Shown here one piece after another: positions 38,116 to 53,600 of a stretch of 64,000 nucleotides of DNA (position 1 is the first letter of the stretch; each line of letters begins with the position of its first letter). This DNA comes from Eledone cirrhosa (Eukaryota). The DNA lies in NCBI GenBank assembly GCA_964016885.1, contig OZ024742.1, forward strand, positions 6,758,001 through 6,822,000. Reading direction: 5' to 3'. The position numbers and the translations under genes were made by a program. Below the pieces are notes generated by a model. The model was not told the origin of the DNA, made no database searches, and saw only the letters and a program-made list of their open reading frames with translations.

Positions 38116-38626
38116 ATGTTTCTTTATTAGCAACTGGGGCACAAAAGAAGGGGACAAAAACAAAGAGGGAAGTTTACATACAATATAAACGTGTAAAATA
38201 TTATCACAAATTAATCGATTTTCCCCAATAGGGGGAGACATTACATATGGTAACACATACCCCCGAAAAAATGTGCAACCCTCATCTCCAGGAGTATGAA
38301 GAGTGAGTAACCCTTTCCTCTCTTCCTCTTTTTCCTCAACCTACCGGCTTATATATAGAGAAGGCCCATTCACTCGGGCCATTCTCGCCACTTTCACCCA
38401 CCTTTCATAAAACTTGCTGGGTTACAGCACCTCTCTCTCCATCCTGATTCTTCTTCCAAAGTGGTATTTGAAAAAAAGAATCAGTTGTTGGCCGGAGAGA
38501 AAGGTGTCTTACCTCAGCCCTTTTAACATCGTCCACCATACAACCTCTTTCGCCATAGCTATCACACAAAGGAAAACCGCCTCTCCTTCGTTTTTGAAGG
38601 AGGGTGGCGGTTTGATCATGACAATT
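38116..38626 (-). mobile_element. 5'-truncated Tx1-like LINE copy
   Basis: Reverse complement of 32192-32665 (EAVFLCVIAMAKEVVW...). 3' end abuts (GATA)n. Confidence 0.9.
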
Positions 38627-38629
38627 TTG

Positions 38630-39428
<799 letters not shown>

Positions 39429-39525
39429 GATAACATAATATCGTTGTAGATAATCCAGTTAAAGGTTGTGAATGCTCCGTATTGTGGTTAGTTTTAGCGT
39501 ACGGTGTTTTTATTAGCGGAGATGC

Positions 39526-41207
39526 GTGAAATCCGTTGTTGGACAGAATAATAAAAACATTTTTGATGATAAGGCAGAATATTATAATGAAGCTTTAAAT
39601 AGAGCAGGGTATACAAATAAGTTTAAATACATCGACAACAGTAATAAGGCAAATAACCCTACTATTAATTGTAATAATAATAAAAAATTTAACTTATACT
39701 CTAAAACTAACAGAAGAACTAGAACTAGAAATATCATTTGGTACTCACCCCATTCTCATTAAGCGTAAAAACACTTCTAGCAAAGCTATTCTTTAAAGCA
39801 CTAGATAAATGTTTTCCTAAAGCCCACAGGTACCACTCAATCTTTAACAGACATACTATAAAACTATCCTACTCTACTACTATGAACATAGCACAAAATA
39901 TAAATAGAATTAATAATAGAAATTTAAACCCTAACCAAAATAGCAGTAATATCTCTAGCAATATCCAACATAATAGTACCGTTTCGAACAACAACTCCGC
40001 AAAATTTAACTGTAGAATTAAATCAAACTGTCCTTTACAAAATAAGTATTTAGATAAAAACGTGGTCTATAGATGCACTGTTAAAACCAGTGATAATATA
40101 TTTAACTATGTAGGTGCAACTTCTACAGAATTTAAAAGTCGCTGGAATAATCACAATTTCTCTTTCCGAAGACTTGATAAAAAAATCTTCAACTTCTCTT
40201 TCAAACCTGATATGGAACTTAAAATGCAAGAATATAGACTATTAATTAGCTTGGGAAACAGTTTCAAAAGCACCCGCGTACCGAAACACAGCTTTATCTA
40301 GTTTCTGAAAATTGTGTATTGAGGAAATTTTCTACATACTTAAATGTAAAAACTCTATTAATTTAAGAACGAATTTATTTAATTCTTGTAGACATCGCCA
40401 GAATTCAACATTCAGAACTATATATAAATTATAATTATACTTATAATATTTCTACTTATTTCCATAACAATCTCATCCACTTGGTTTTAATATATTGATA
40501 TCTCTAAATCATAATATCCATAACATTTGCTCTAATTCCACTTCTTAAAGATTCATAAAATATATACGTATATAATTCTAATTTTTAAAAAAATTTAATT
40601 TTAATAATTTTTATTTCTTTAATGTTTATTTCCTTAAAAATTACTTATCTCTTATAAATTATTTTAAAAAAAATTTTCTCAAATTTTTCAATATTTTTTC
40701 AATACTTTTTCAATATCTTTTCAATACTTTTTCAATATTTTTCAATAGATTTATAACCACTAACTGATTCTGACTAAATGTATCTTCAACATTTATACTT
40801 ATTTTGACTAAATAGTCTCACACTAGCGAATAAATAAATTAAACCGGAGTTTTTTCCATATCTTCCCATTTTAAATCATATAAATATAAATATTTTTCTT
40901 AACTCAGTTAATTTAATTTAATTAACTTAATATTTATTTACATTAAATACAATGCCAATATCCCCCATAACTCATTAGAACAATTATCTATAACATGATA
41001 TACTCATTTATTTATTTATTTATTTATTTATTTATCTACAGAAGAAAAATATTATATTATAAACAAATTTAAGCAACTAATAATCGTAAATACACGTACT
41101 ATTAAGATATACTTAGAATATATTTCCCTCAAATTAACGTTATATGAGTTTTTATTCATCTTCTATGGTTTCTTTATTCTCTCTCGCACTATTTTATCCT
41201 TCTCATC

Positions 41208-41278
<71 letters not shown>

Positions 41279-41640
41279 GTCGTTTAAATAAACGGTTGTT
41301 TTTCAATTATTTACATATTCATTTGCATATTCACCCATAAGTTTGAAAAATCCCTAATACATTTCCACTATCCAGACAATATCCAACCGATAAGGTATGA
41401 TTTTCATGGGTATGTCTTTATATATAAAACAAACTTTGTATTTTATCTGAGGAAAGCGTACCTGTGTCTTGGTACCCTTGAAATATATATAATAAAATAA
41501 ATATGGTTTTATAAATATAGTTTCGATTTATTTAATATCATTGAATATTTACTCCACTATACTGTTGAGTGCTCTAAATCAGTTATAAACATTTATATTT
41601 GTCGAACTTCCAACAAATTAAATACTCCTTCTACTTATAT
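39526..41640 (+). mobile_element. 5'-truncated Penelope-like element (RT thumb, GIY-YIG, long AT-rich 3' region with hammerhead)
   Basis: YYNEALNRAGY, RNIIWYSP, FPKAHRYHSIFNRHTIKLSYS, FNCRIKSNCPLQNK, VVYRCTV..YVGATSTEFKSRWNNH. Same type as 13510-16500. Confidence 0.85.
41439..41499 (+). ncRNA. Minimal type-I hammerhead ribozyme in the Penelope 3' region
   Basis: TATTTTAT-CTGAGGA-AAGCGTACC-TGTGTCTT-GGTACCCTT-GAAA-TATATA-TA-ATAAAATA. 8-bp stem I, intact core. Confidence 0.88.
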
Positions 41641-41644
41641 ATAA

Positions 41645-41724
<80 letters not shown>

Positions 41725-41851
41725 ACTCAGTTGATTCAATGTCCAGTTGTAGATTGTGGGCATTGTTCAATGGATGGGTGTATCTATCTTTCTTTCTCTC
41801 TCTCTGTCTGCCTGTCTTTCTGCCTGTCTCTCTGTCTCTCTTTCTCTCTCG

Positions 41852-41890
<39 letters not shown>

Positions 41891-42044
41891 GCTCTCTTTC
41901 TCTCTCTCTCTCCCTCTCTCTCCCCTCTCTCTCTCTCTCTATATATATATATAGAGAGAGAGAGAGGGGGAGAGAGAAAGAGAGAGAGAGAGAGAAAGCG
42001 AGAGAGATATAGAGAGGGAGAGAGAGAGAAAGAGAGAGAGAGAA

Positions 42045-42175
<131 letters not shown>

Positions 42176-42305
42176 GAGTGATGTAAAATACCGACTGCGG
42201 CACGAAGCTTATGTGTTTAGCAAACCCTTTTCGAGGGTTTTCTCCTGGATCTCAGTACCCCAGCTGCTCTCTCTCTCTCTCTCCCTCTCTCTTTCTTTCT
42301 CTCTG

Positions 42306-42370
<65 letters not shown>

Positions 42371-42389
42371 CTGTATATATATATATAGA

Positions 42390-42592
42390 AATAACAAAGG
42401 AAGTGTGGTAAGGAACCAGATGGACCATAAAGTACCAGAGCACTCAATACTATGGGTAGTATAGTTGGTAATAGGAAAAGAGTCAGGACCCCGACGGCTG
42501 AGCTCCGGCCGTTTCGACAGCTAGGTCAGAACAGTTCAGAACTAGCTGTCGAAACGGCCGGAGCTCAGCCGTCGGGTTCCTGACTCTTTTCC

Positions 42593-42595
<3 letters not shown>
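42390..42595 (-). mobile_element. Hairpin element (42471-42595) with tail, family of 25099-25260
   Basis: ~54-bp arms containing GAAACGGCCG. Tail GTGGTAAGGAACCAGATGGACCATAA..CACTCAATAC is the reverse complement of 25200-25250. Confidence 0.8.
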
Positions 42596-42661
<66 letters not shown>

Positions 42662-42665
42662 GTGT

Positions 42666-42767
<102 letters not shown>

Positions 42768-42863
42768 TATATATATATATATACATTATATATATATATA
42801 CAGTATATATATATATCTATATATATACATTTTTCAGGTCTAGTATATATATCTATATATATA

Positions 42864-43308
42864 CTAGACCTGAAAAATGCGCAAGCTCAAAGGCACCACA
42901 GAATGTTATAATAAACCTTCAAAAGTGTGGGACTAGAGTTGTTGCTCAAATATATTGTAATCATTATCTATCGTACACTCTGTAGCAACTTTTTATAAAA
43001 AAGAGACTCATAACCAACTCAAGTCGACACGATTATTATTTAAGCCAATGTTCAATATCTCATATTAGATGTTTAGTAATGATTAATACGAAATTCACTT
43101 AAACCGAATTCTATATTATAAATTCACTTAAATAATTATCGTGTCGTCTTGAGTTCGTTATGAGTCTCTTTTTTTATAAAAGGATGCCACAGAGTGTACG
43201 ATAGATAATGATTACAATATTTTTGAGCAACAACTCTAGTCCCACACTTTTGAAGGTTTATTATAACATTCTGTGGTGCCTTTGAGCTTGCGCATTTTTC
43301 AGGTCTAG
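42864..43308. mobile_element. MITE / fold-back element with ~180-bp terminal inverted repeats
   Basis: CTAGACCTGAAAAATGCGCAAGCTCAAAGGCACCACAG... mirrors ...CTGTGGTGCCTTTGAGCTTGCGCATTTTTCAGGTCTAG, with ~85-bp spacer. Confidence 0.85.
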
Positions 43309-43513
43309 ATTAATATTTTTTTAAGGCAACGTTTGTAATAACTCTAGTTAAACATGATATATATTAATAATAAATTATCGTTGTAATCTAATTAGATTAT
43401 ATAATTGTTATTTTATAAATGAACTTATAAATATTATTGTAAGATGTATAAAAATATTTTCAGACTTTTAATATAAACTACTACAAAAAACAATCAATAT
43501 TAAATAAATATAA

Positions 43514-43700
43514 GGGCGGTGGATTGGCAGTATCAGTAGAGGGTCGGACGCCATGCTTTCCAGCATAGTTACGTCCCTTTACGATCTGAGTTCAAATCCC
43601 GCCGAGGTTGACTTTGCCTTTCATCCTTACGGGGTCGATAAAATAAAGTACCAGTAATGCACTGGGTAATTGCTGGCCTTGTGCCTAAAGTAGAAACAAA
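43514..43700 (+). mobile_element. Full-length tRNA-derived SINE
   Basis: A/B boxes (TGGCAGTATCAG, GAGTTCAAATC) and core as at 10271. ATATTAAATAAATAT on both flanks (43497, 43700) is a likely TSD. Confidence 0.92.
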
Positions 43701-44785
43701 TATTAAATAAATATATTTTACATAATAATTGTTATAGTTGAATTAATAAACATTAAATATTACATACAAATAGTCTAACATAATAATTAAAAAATATCTA
43801 ACATAATAATAATAATATGATCTAACATAAAACGAACAATAATATGGACAAATATACAAGTAAATATGATACAACCAATATTATAAGCATGTTATAACGA
43901 ACTGAAAAAAAAAATAGTTAATATAAATTTAAAAAATTATATATAAATTAACAATATAACTTACCAAAACGAGAAAAAATATTTTGATGATAAAACGACG
44001 AAATACAGGAGGAAGATTCGAAAGCGAAACGATAAATAAACGTGCAAACAAAGTGGCGGATGCTTTTGAGAAACAATTACTCTCATTGACTGATTAGCCA
44101 ATAAGAAGATGAAATTAGCCAATAAGACGATACATTACAAAAGATGTTTGGCAGGGATCACCACGGCCAGCGATACCCCTTGAATTTGTTATTCACAATC
44201 TACGCATATATGTCATCAAGACACGCAGACTTAAAACATTCTGTTGTTAGTCACTGCGTGTCTAACAGATATCGGTTTACGTACACAGGAAAGTTCATTT
44301 ATGAAAAATGCCATCATTTATATATGTGCCAGCGTGACTCTATATTTGTACTTTTCTATGAATAAATAACCACTTAGGTTAATGATAAATGTGTTATATT
44401 TCGAGATAAGTCACCCAATCCCCCACCGCCACCAACTAATATCACTACGAAACATTACTTACTAAACTAATACCAGTACAAAACACCTTTCTATTATACT
44501 AACATCAAAAACTACTATTTACCCCAATACCATCTCACAACACCACCTTACGACCAAACTAGCTAGCCTACTATTTACTACCGTCAGCATCTCTTTATCT
44601 CACTAATATAAGCCAATATCGGGGGGGGGGGGGCAACAAACATTATGAACAGATACCAGCGCCTGTAATAACAGAGACTGGCAGTGGTCGGAACAGACTT
44701 AAAATTATCGAAGAATAAATACCAAGAGGCAATACCATAACCCTTACCAAAACACAATAAAACGAAGTGGTGCGATATTTAACTG

Positions 44786-45135
44786 TCTTCTTCTTCTTCT
44801 TCTTCTTCTCCCCCCTCCCCTTCCTTCTTCTTCTTCTTCTTCTTCTTCTTCTTCTTCTGACAGGGACGTGGGCAGCAGAATCCTCAAACACTCCCTCCAG
44901 CAGCTCCTGTCAGAAGCAACCATCTCCAACTGATCCGGCTAGATCCCCAAGTGAGACCAGTCAAACTCAAGTATGTTATCCATCCAACTTGCTCGAGAGT
45001 CTACCCCTGGGTCTCTTGCCTGTTGGTTTTTGTTCGTAAAATCTGACCTGTGATTCTTTCCTGAGACATTCTGACCACAGGTCCATAATATGAGCTGTGA
45101 CCTCTCAATTCGGAGAAGTAGCTACTCTACCTAGA
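44786..45135 (-). mobile_element. RTE-clade (Rex3/Expander-like) LINE 3' end with (GAA)n tail
   Basis: Minus strand encodes LLLRIERSQL...SWMDNILEFDWSHLGI*PDQLEMVASDRSCWRECLRILLP, then (GAA)n. Confidence 0.75.
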
Positions 45136-45589
45136 GTGACTCTAATCTCCGTGCCACACATTCTAACGTGTAACGGCTTTAACCGTCACCACCATACACT
45201 AATCCGTTGACACAATTAACTTGTCAATCCCGTCCCTAGAGACAAGAGAGTGAAACTCAAGGGACAGAGAGAGAAAAAAAGCCATTAAAATAAAATAAAA
45301 ATGTCGCACTGTTTGCTGCATAAGGCGCCTAATCTCTCACGTCAGTCTTTCCCTCTTCACGTCATTTATTAGGAGCTTACCTCCCTTTACCATTAACCTC
45401 TCCAACTTTAGTGTTTATCCTCCCCATTATCACCTCCTCCCACCTCCTACCACAACCATTCACTACCATCTAGTATCTCCATCTTCCACTCTAAACAACC
45501 ATCTTACCATTCCTGGCTTTCACCTCAACAATGGTATAGAAAGGAACCATTGTAACAGTCTTTAACAATCTCCACAACCACTGTATTGG

Positions 45590-47582
45590 GGGGGGGGGTG
45601 ATGGTGGGGTGATTGACGAGGTGATGGTGGGGGTGGCGGGATTCGTGGTAATAATTACATTGGTAGTAGAGTTAGTGGTGGTGGTAGTAGTGACAGTGGT
45701 GGTGATGGTGGTAGCGTTGGTGGTGGTAGTGGTGGTGGTGGTGGTGGTGGTGATAGTTGGCATGTTGGTGGCGGTAGTGGTGGTTATGGTGGTGGTAGTA
45801 GAGATGGTGGGAGGTGTGATGCTAGTTGTGGTGGGAAGTGTATTGGCAGTGGTGGTGAGAGGTGTGATGGCTGTGGTGGTGGGAGGTGTGTTGGCAGTGG
45901 TGGTGGGCGATGTGGTGGTAGTGGTGGTAGTAGTGGTGTTGGTTGTAATGGTTGTATGGAAGATAGTTTTAATGGTGATAACTGTAATGGTAGTGTCTGA
46001 CAAATGATAATGGTAGTGGTGGTGGTGCTGGTGGTGGTAGTGGTGGTAGTGGTAGTAGTGGTGGTGGTAGTGGTAGGGGTGGTAGTGGTAGTAGTGGTGG
46101 TGGTAGTAGTGCTAGTGGTGGTGCTTGTGGAGGTAGTGGTGGTAGTGGTGGTAGTGGTGGTGGTGGTAATGGTGGTAGTGGTGGTGGTGGTAGTGGTGGT
46201 GGTGGTGGTGGTGGTGGTGGTGGTAGTGGTGGTGCTGGTAGTGGTTGTGGTGGTAGTGGTGGTGGTGGTGGTAGTGGTGGTAGTGGTAGTGGTGATGGTG
46301 CTGGTGGTGGTGGTGGTGGTGGCGGTAGTGGGGGTAGTGGTGGTGGCGGTAGTGGTGGTAGTGGTGGTAGTGGTGGTGGTGCTGGTGGTGCTGGTGGTGG
46401 TAGTAGTAGTGGTAGTGGTAATGGTGGTGGTGCTGGTGGGGCTGGTGGTGGTAGCGGTGGTAGAGGTGCTGGTGCTGGTGGTGGTAGTGGTGGTAGTGGT
46501 GGTAGTGGTGGTAGTGGTGGTGGTGGTGGTGGTAGTGGTGGTAGTGGTAGCGGTGATGATGGTGGTGGTGGTGGTGGTGGTAGTGGTGGTAGTAGTGGTG
46601 GTGGTAGTGGTGTTAATGGTAGTGGTGCTGGTACTGGTAGTGGTGGTGGTGGTGGTGGTGCTGGTAGTGGTGGTGGTGCTGGTAATGGTTGTGGTGGTGG
46701 TGCTGGTAGTGCTGTTAGCGGTGGTGGCAGTGGTTGTAGTGGTGGTGATAGTGGTGGTAGTGGTGGTGGTGGTGGTAATGGTAGTGGTGGTGGTGGTAGT
46801 GGTGATGGTGTAGTGGTGGTAGTGGTAATGGTGGTGGTGTAGTGGTGGTAGTGGTAGTGGTGGTGGTGGTAATGGTAGTGGTGGTGTTAATTGAGGTGGT
46901 AGTGGTGGTAGTGATCGTGGTGGTATTGCTGTTAGTGGTAGTGGTGTTAGTGGTGGTGGTGGTAATGGTAGTGATGGTGCTGCTGGTAGTGGTAGTGGTT
47001 GTAGTGGTGGGGTGGGGGTGGTATTGGTGGTAGTGGTGGTGGTAGTGGTGTTAGTGTCAGGGGTAATGGTGGTGGTGGTAGTGGTGGTAGTGACAGGGAT
47101 AATGGTGTTGGTGGTAGTGTCACTAGTGGTGGTAGTGGTGGTGGTGGTGGTGTTAGTGGTGGTAGTTGTGGTGGTACCGGTGGTGGTAGTGTCAGGGGTA
47201 ATGGTGGTGGTGGTTATGTCAGTAGTGGTGGTGGTGGTGGGAGTGGTAGTGTTGGTGGTAGTGGTGGTGGTGGTGGTGGTTGTCGTGGTGGTGGTTGTAA
47301 TGGTGGGGGTGGTAGTGGTGGTGGTAGTGGTGGTGGTGGTGGTATTGGTTGTGGTAGTGGTGGTGCTGGTGGTATTGGTGTTAGTGGTGGTGATGGTTGT
47401 AGTGTCAATAGTGGTGGTAGTGGTGGTGGTGGTAGTGGTTGTAATGGTGGGGGTGGTAGTGGCGGTGGTAGTGGTGGTGCTGGTGGTAGTGGTGGGGGTG
47501 GTAGTGGTTGTAGTGGTGGGGGAGGCAGTGGTAGTGGTGGTGGTGGTGGTGGTGGTGGTTGTGGTGGCGGTGGCGGTGGTAT
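45590..47582. repeat. (GGT/AGT)n degenerate trinucleotide array
   Basis: Visible low complexity. Yields poly-Val (+) and poly-Thr (-) ORFs. Confidence 0.95.
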
Positions 47583-47649
47583 GCATTAATGATCACAATG
47601 GTATTAGTTTATAGATAATTTGTGGTGATGTTGTGGGGGTGTAATGGGT

Positions 47650-50600
47650 GAATATCTGTGTATGTGTATAATGTATATCTGTGTATATGTGTATAATATA
47701 TATATGTGTATGTGTGTATAATGTATATCTGTGTATATGTGTATAATATATATCTGTGTATGTGTGTATAATGTATATCTGTGTATGTGTGTATAATGTA
47801 TATCTGTGTATATGTGTATAATATATATCTGTGTATGTGTGTATAATATATATCTGTGTATATGTGTATAATGTATATCTGTGTATGTGTGTATAATGTA
47901 TATCTGTGTATGTGTGTATAATGTATATCTGTGTATGTGTGTATAATGTATATCTGTGTATATGTGTATAATATATATCTGTGTATGTGTGTATAATGTA
48001 TATCTGTGTATATGTGTATAATATATATCTGTGTATGTGTGTATAATGTATATCTGTGTATGTGTATAATGTATATCTGTGTATGTGTGTATAATGTATA
48101 TCTGTGTATGTGTGCATAATGTATATCTGTGTATGTGTGTATAATGTATATCTGTGTATATGTGTATAATATATATCTGTGTATATGTGTATAATGTATA
48201 TCTGTGTATGTGTATAATGTATATCTGTGTATGTGTATAATGTATATCTGTGTATGTGTGTATAATGTATATCTGTGTATAAGTGTATAATATATATCTG
48301 TGTATGTGTGTATAATGTATATCTGTGTATGTGTATAATGTATATCTGTGTATGTGTGTATAATGTATATCTGTGTATGTGTGTATAATGTATATCTGTG
48401 TATATGTGTATAATATATATCTGTGTATGTGTGTATAATGTATATCTGTGTATATGTGTATAATGTATATCTGTGTATGTGTGTATAATGTATATCTGTG
48501 TATATGTGTATAATGTATATCTGTGTATGTGTGTATAATGTATATCTGTGTATATGTGTATAATGTATATCTGTGTATGTGTGTATAATGTATATCTGTG
48601 TATGTGTGTATAATGTATATCTGTGTATGTGTGTATAATGTATATCTGTGTATATGTGTATAATATATATCTGTGTATGTGTGTATAATGTATATCTGTG
48701 TATGTGTATAATGTATATCTGTGTATGTGTGTATAATGTATATCTGTGTATGTGTGTATAATGTATATCTGTGTATATGTGTATAATATATATCTGTGTA
48801 TGTGTGTATAATGTATATCTGTGTATGTGTATAATGTATATCTGTGTATGTGTGTATAATGTATATCTGTGTATGTGTGTATAATGTATATCTGTGTATA
48901 TGTGTATAATATATATCTGTGTATGTGTGTATAATGTATATCTGTGTATATATGTATAATGTATATCTGTGTATGTGTGTATAATGTATATCTGTGTATA
49001 TGTGTATAATGTATATCTGTGTATGTGTGTATAATGTATATCTCTGTATATGTGTATAATGTATATCTGTGTATGTGTGTATGATGTATATCTGTGTATG
49101 TGTGTATAATGTATATCTGTGTATATGTGTATAATATATATCTGTGTATGTGTGTATAATGTATATCTGTGTATGTGTATAATGTATATCTGTGTATGTG
49201 TGTATAATGTATATCTGTGTATGTGTATAATGTATATCTGTGTATGTGTGTATAATGTATATCTGTGTATGTGTGTATAATGTATATCTGTGTATATGTG
49301 TATAATATATATCTGTGTATGTGTGTATAATGTATATCTGTGTATATGTGTATAATGTATATCTGTGTATGTGTGTATAATGTATATCTGTGTATATGTG
49401 TATAATGTATATCTGTGTATGTGTGTATAATGTATATCTGTGTATATGTGTATAATGTATATCTGTGTATGTGTGTATGATGTATATCTGTGTATGTGTG
49501 TATAATGTATATCTGTGTATATGTGTATAATATATATCTGTGTATGTGTGTATAATGTATATCTGTGTATATGTGTATAATGTATATCTGTGTATGTGTG
49601 TATAATGTATATCTGTGTATGTGTGTATAATATATATCTGTGTATGTGTGTATGATATATATCTGTGTATGTGTGTACAACGTATATCTGTGTATGTGTG
49701 TATAATATATATCTGTGTATGTGTGTATAATGTATATCTGTGTATGTGTGTATAATGTATATCTGTGTATGTGTGTATAATATATATCTGTGTATGTGTG
49801 TATAACGTATATCTGTGAATATGTGTATAATATATATCTGTGTATGTGTGTATAATGTATATCTGTGTATGTGTATAATGTATATCTGTGTATGTGTGTA
49901 TAAGGTATATCTGTGTATGTGTGTATAATATATATATCTGTGTATGTGTGTATAATGTATATCTGTGTATGTGTATATAATGTATAACTGTGTATGTGTA
50001 TAATGTATATCTGTGTATATGTGTATAATGTATAACTGTGTATGTGTGTATAATGTATATCTGTGTATATGTTTATAATGTATATCTGTGTATGTGTGTA
50101 TAATATATATCTGTGTATGTGTGTATAATGTATATCTGTGTATGTGTGTATAATGTATATCTGTGTATGTGTGTACAATGTATATCTGCGTATGTGTGTA
50201 TAATGTATATCTGTGTATGTGTGTATAATATATATCTGTGTATGTGTGTATAATGTATATCTGTGTATGTGTATATAATGTATAACTGTGTATGTGTATA
50301 ATGTATATCTGTGTATATGTGTATAATGTATATCTGTGTATGTGTGTATAATGTATATCTGTGTATGTGTGTATAACGTATAACTGTGTATGTGTGTATA
50401 ATGTATAACTGTGTATGTGTATAATGTATATCTGTGTATATTTGTATAATGTATATCTGTGTATGTGTGTATAATGTATATCTGTGTATGTGTGTATAAT
50501 GTATATCTGTGTATATTTGTATAATGTATATCTGTGTATGTGTGTATAATATATATCTGTGTATGTGTGTATAATATATATCTGTGTATGTGTGTATAAT

Positions 50601-53600
50601 GTATATCTGTGTATGTGTGTATAATGTATATCTGTGTATGTGTGTATAATGTATATCTGTATGTGTGTATAATGAATATCTGTGTATGTGTGTATAACGT
50701 ATATCTGTGTATGTGTATAATGTATATCTGTGTATGTATATAATATATATCTGTGTATGTGTGTATAATGTATATCTGTGTATATGTGTATAATGTATAT
50801 CTGTGTATGTGTGTATAATGTATATTTGTGTATGTGTTTATGTGTGTATAATGTATATCTGTGTATGTGTGTATAATGTATATCTGTATGTGTATATAAT
50901 ATATATCTGTGTATGTGTATAATGTATATCTGTGTATGTGTGTATAATATATATCTGTGTATGTGTGTATAATATATATCTGTGTATGTGTGTATAATGT
51001 ATATCTGTGTATGTGTGTATAATGTATATTTGTGTAAGTGTGTATGTGTGTATAATGTATATCTGTGTATGTGTGTATAATGTATATCTGTGTATGTCTG
51101 TATAATATATATCTGCGTATGTGTATAATGTATATCTGTGTATGTTTGTATAATATATATCTGTGTATGTGTGTATAATATATATCTGTGTAAGTGTGTA
51201 TAATGTATATCTGTGTATATGTGTATAATGTATATCTGTGTATGTGTGTATAATGTATATCTGTGTATGTGTATAATGTATATCTGTGTATGTGTGTATA
51301 ATGTATATCTGTGTATGTGTGTATAACGTATATCTGTGTATGTGTGTATAATGTATATCTGTGTATGTGTGTATAATGTATATCTGTGTATGTGTGTATA
51401 ATGTATATCTGTGTATGTGTGTTTAATGTATATCTGTGTATGTGTGTATAATGTATATCTGTGTATATGTGTATAATGAATATCTGTGTATGTGTGTATA
51501 ATGTATATCTGTGTATGTGTGTATAATGAATATCTGTGTATGTGTGTATAATGTATATCTGTGTATGTGTGTATAATGTATATCTGTGTATGTGTGTATA
51601 ATATATATCTGTGTATGTGTGTATAACGTATATCTGTGAATATGTGTATAATATATATCTGTGTATGTGTGTATAATGTATATCTGTGTATGTGTATAAT
51701 GTATATCTGTGTATGTGTGTATAAGGTATATCTGTGTATGTGTGTATAATATATATATCTGTGTATGTGTGTATAATGTATATCTGTGTATGTGTATATA
51801 ATGTATAACTGTGTATGTGTATAATGTATATCTGTGTATATGTGTATAATGCATAACTGTGTATGTGTGTATAATGTATATTGTGTTTATGTTTATAATG
51901 TATATCTGTGTATGTGTGTATAATATATATCTGTGTATGTGTGTATAATGTATATCTGTGTATGTGTGTATAATGTATATCTGTGTATGTGTGTACAATG
52001 TATATCTGCGTATGTGTGTATAATGTATATCTGTGTATGTGTGTATAATATATATCTGTGTATGTGTGTATAATGTATATCTGTGTATGTGTATATAATG
52101 TATAACTGTGTATGTGTATAATGTATATCTGTGTATATGTGTATAATGTATATCTGTGTATGTGTGTATAATGTATATCTGTGTATGTGTGTATAACGTA
52201 TAACTGTGTATGTGTGTATAATGTATAACTGTGTATGTGTATAATGTATATCTGTGTATATTTGTATAATGTATATCTGTGTATGTGTGTATAATGTATA
52301 TCTGTGTATGTGTGTATAATGTATATCTGTGTATATTTGTATAATGTATATCTGTGTATGTGTGTATAATCTATATCTGTGTATGTGTGTATAATGTATA
52401 ACTGTGTATGTGTGTATAATGTATATCTGTGTGTGTGTATAATGTATATCTGTGTATGTGTGTATAATGTATATCTGTGTATGTCTGTATAATGTATATT
52501 TGTGTATGTGTGTATAATGTATATCTGTGTATGTGTGTATAATGTATATTTGTGTATGTGTGTATAATGTATATCTGTGTATGTATATAATGTATATCTG
52601 TGTATGTGTGTATAATGTATATCTGTGTATGTGTGTATAATATATATCTGTGTATGTGTGTATAATATATATCTGTGTATGTGTGTATAATGTATATCTG
52701 TGTATGTGTGTATAATGTATATCTGTGTATGTGTGTATAATGTATATCTGTATGTGTGTATAATGAATATCTGTGTATGTGTGTATAACGTATATCTGTG
52801 TATGTGTATAACGTATATCTGTGTATGTATATAATATATATCTGTGTATGTGTGTATAATGTATATCTGTGTATATGTGTATAATGTATATCTGTGTATG
52901 TGTGTATAATGTATATTTGTGTATGTGTTTATGTGTGTATAATGTATATCTGTGTATGTGTGTATAATGTATATCTGTATGTGTATATAATATATATCTG
53001 TGTATGTGTATAATGTATATCTGTGTATGTGTGTATAATATATATCTGTGTATGTGTGTATAATATATATCTGTGTATGTGTGTATAATGTATATCTGTG
53101 TATGTGTGTATAATGTATATTTGTGTAAGTGTGTATGTGTGTATAATGTATATCTGTGTATGTGTGTATAATGTATATCTGTGTATGTGTGTATAATATA
53201 TATCTGCGTATGTGTATAATGTATATCTGTGTATGTTTGTATAATATATATCTGTGTATGTGTGTATAATATATATCTGTGTAAGTGTGTATAATGTATA
53301 TCTGTGTATATGTGTATAATGTATATCTGTGTATGTGTGTATAATGTATATCTGTGTATGTGTATAATGTATATCTGTGTATGTGTGTATAATGTATATC
53401 TGTGTATGTGTGTATAACGTATATCTGTGTATGTGTGTATAATGTATATCTGTGTATGTGTGTATAATGTATATCTGTGTATGTGTGTATAATGTATATC
53501 TGTGTATGTGTGTTTAATGTATATCTGTGTATGTGTGTATAATGTATATCTGTGTATATGTGTATAATGAATATCTGTGTATGTGTGTATAATGTATATC

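Noticed and set aside
42219-42240. AAACCCTTTTCGAGGGTTTT terminator-like hairpin
   Set aside because: Eukaryotic context. Likely a fragment of a repeat terminus.
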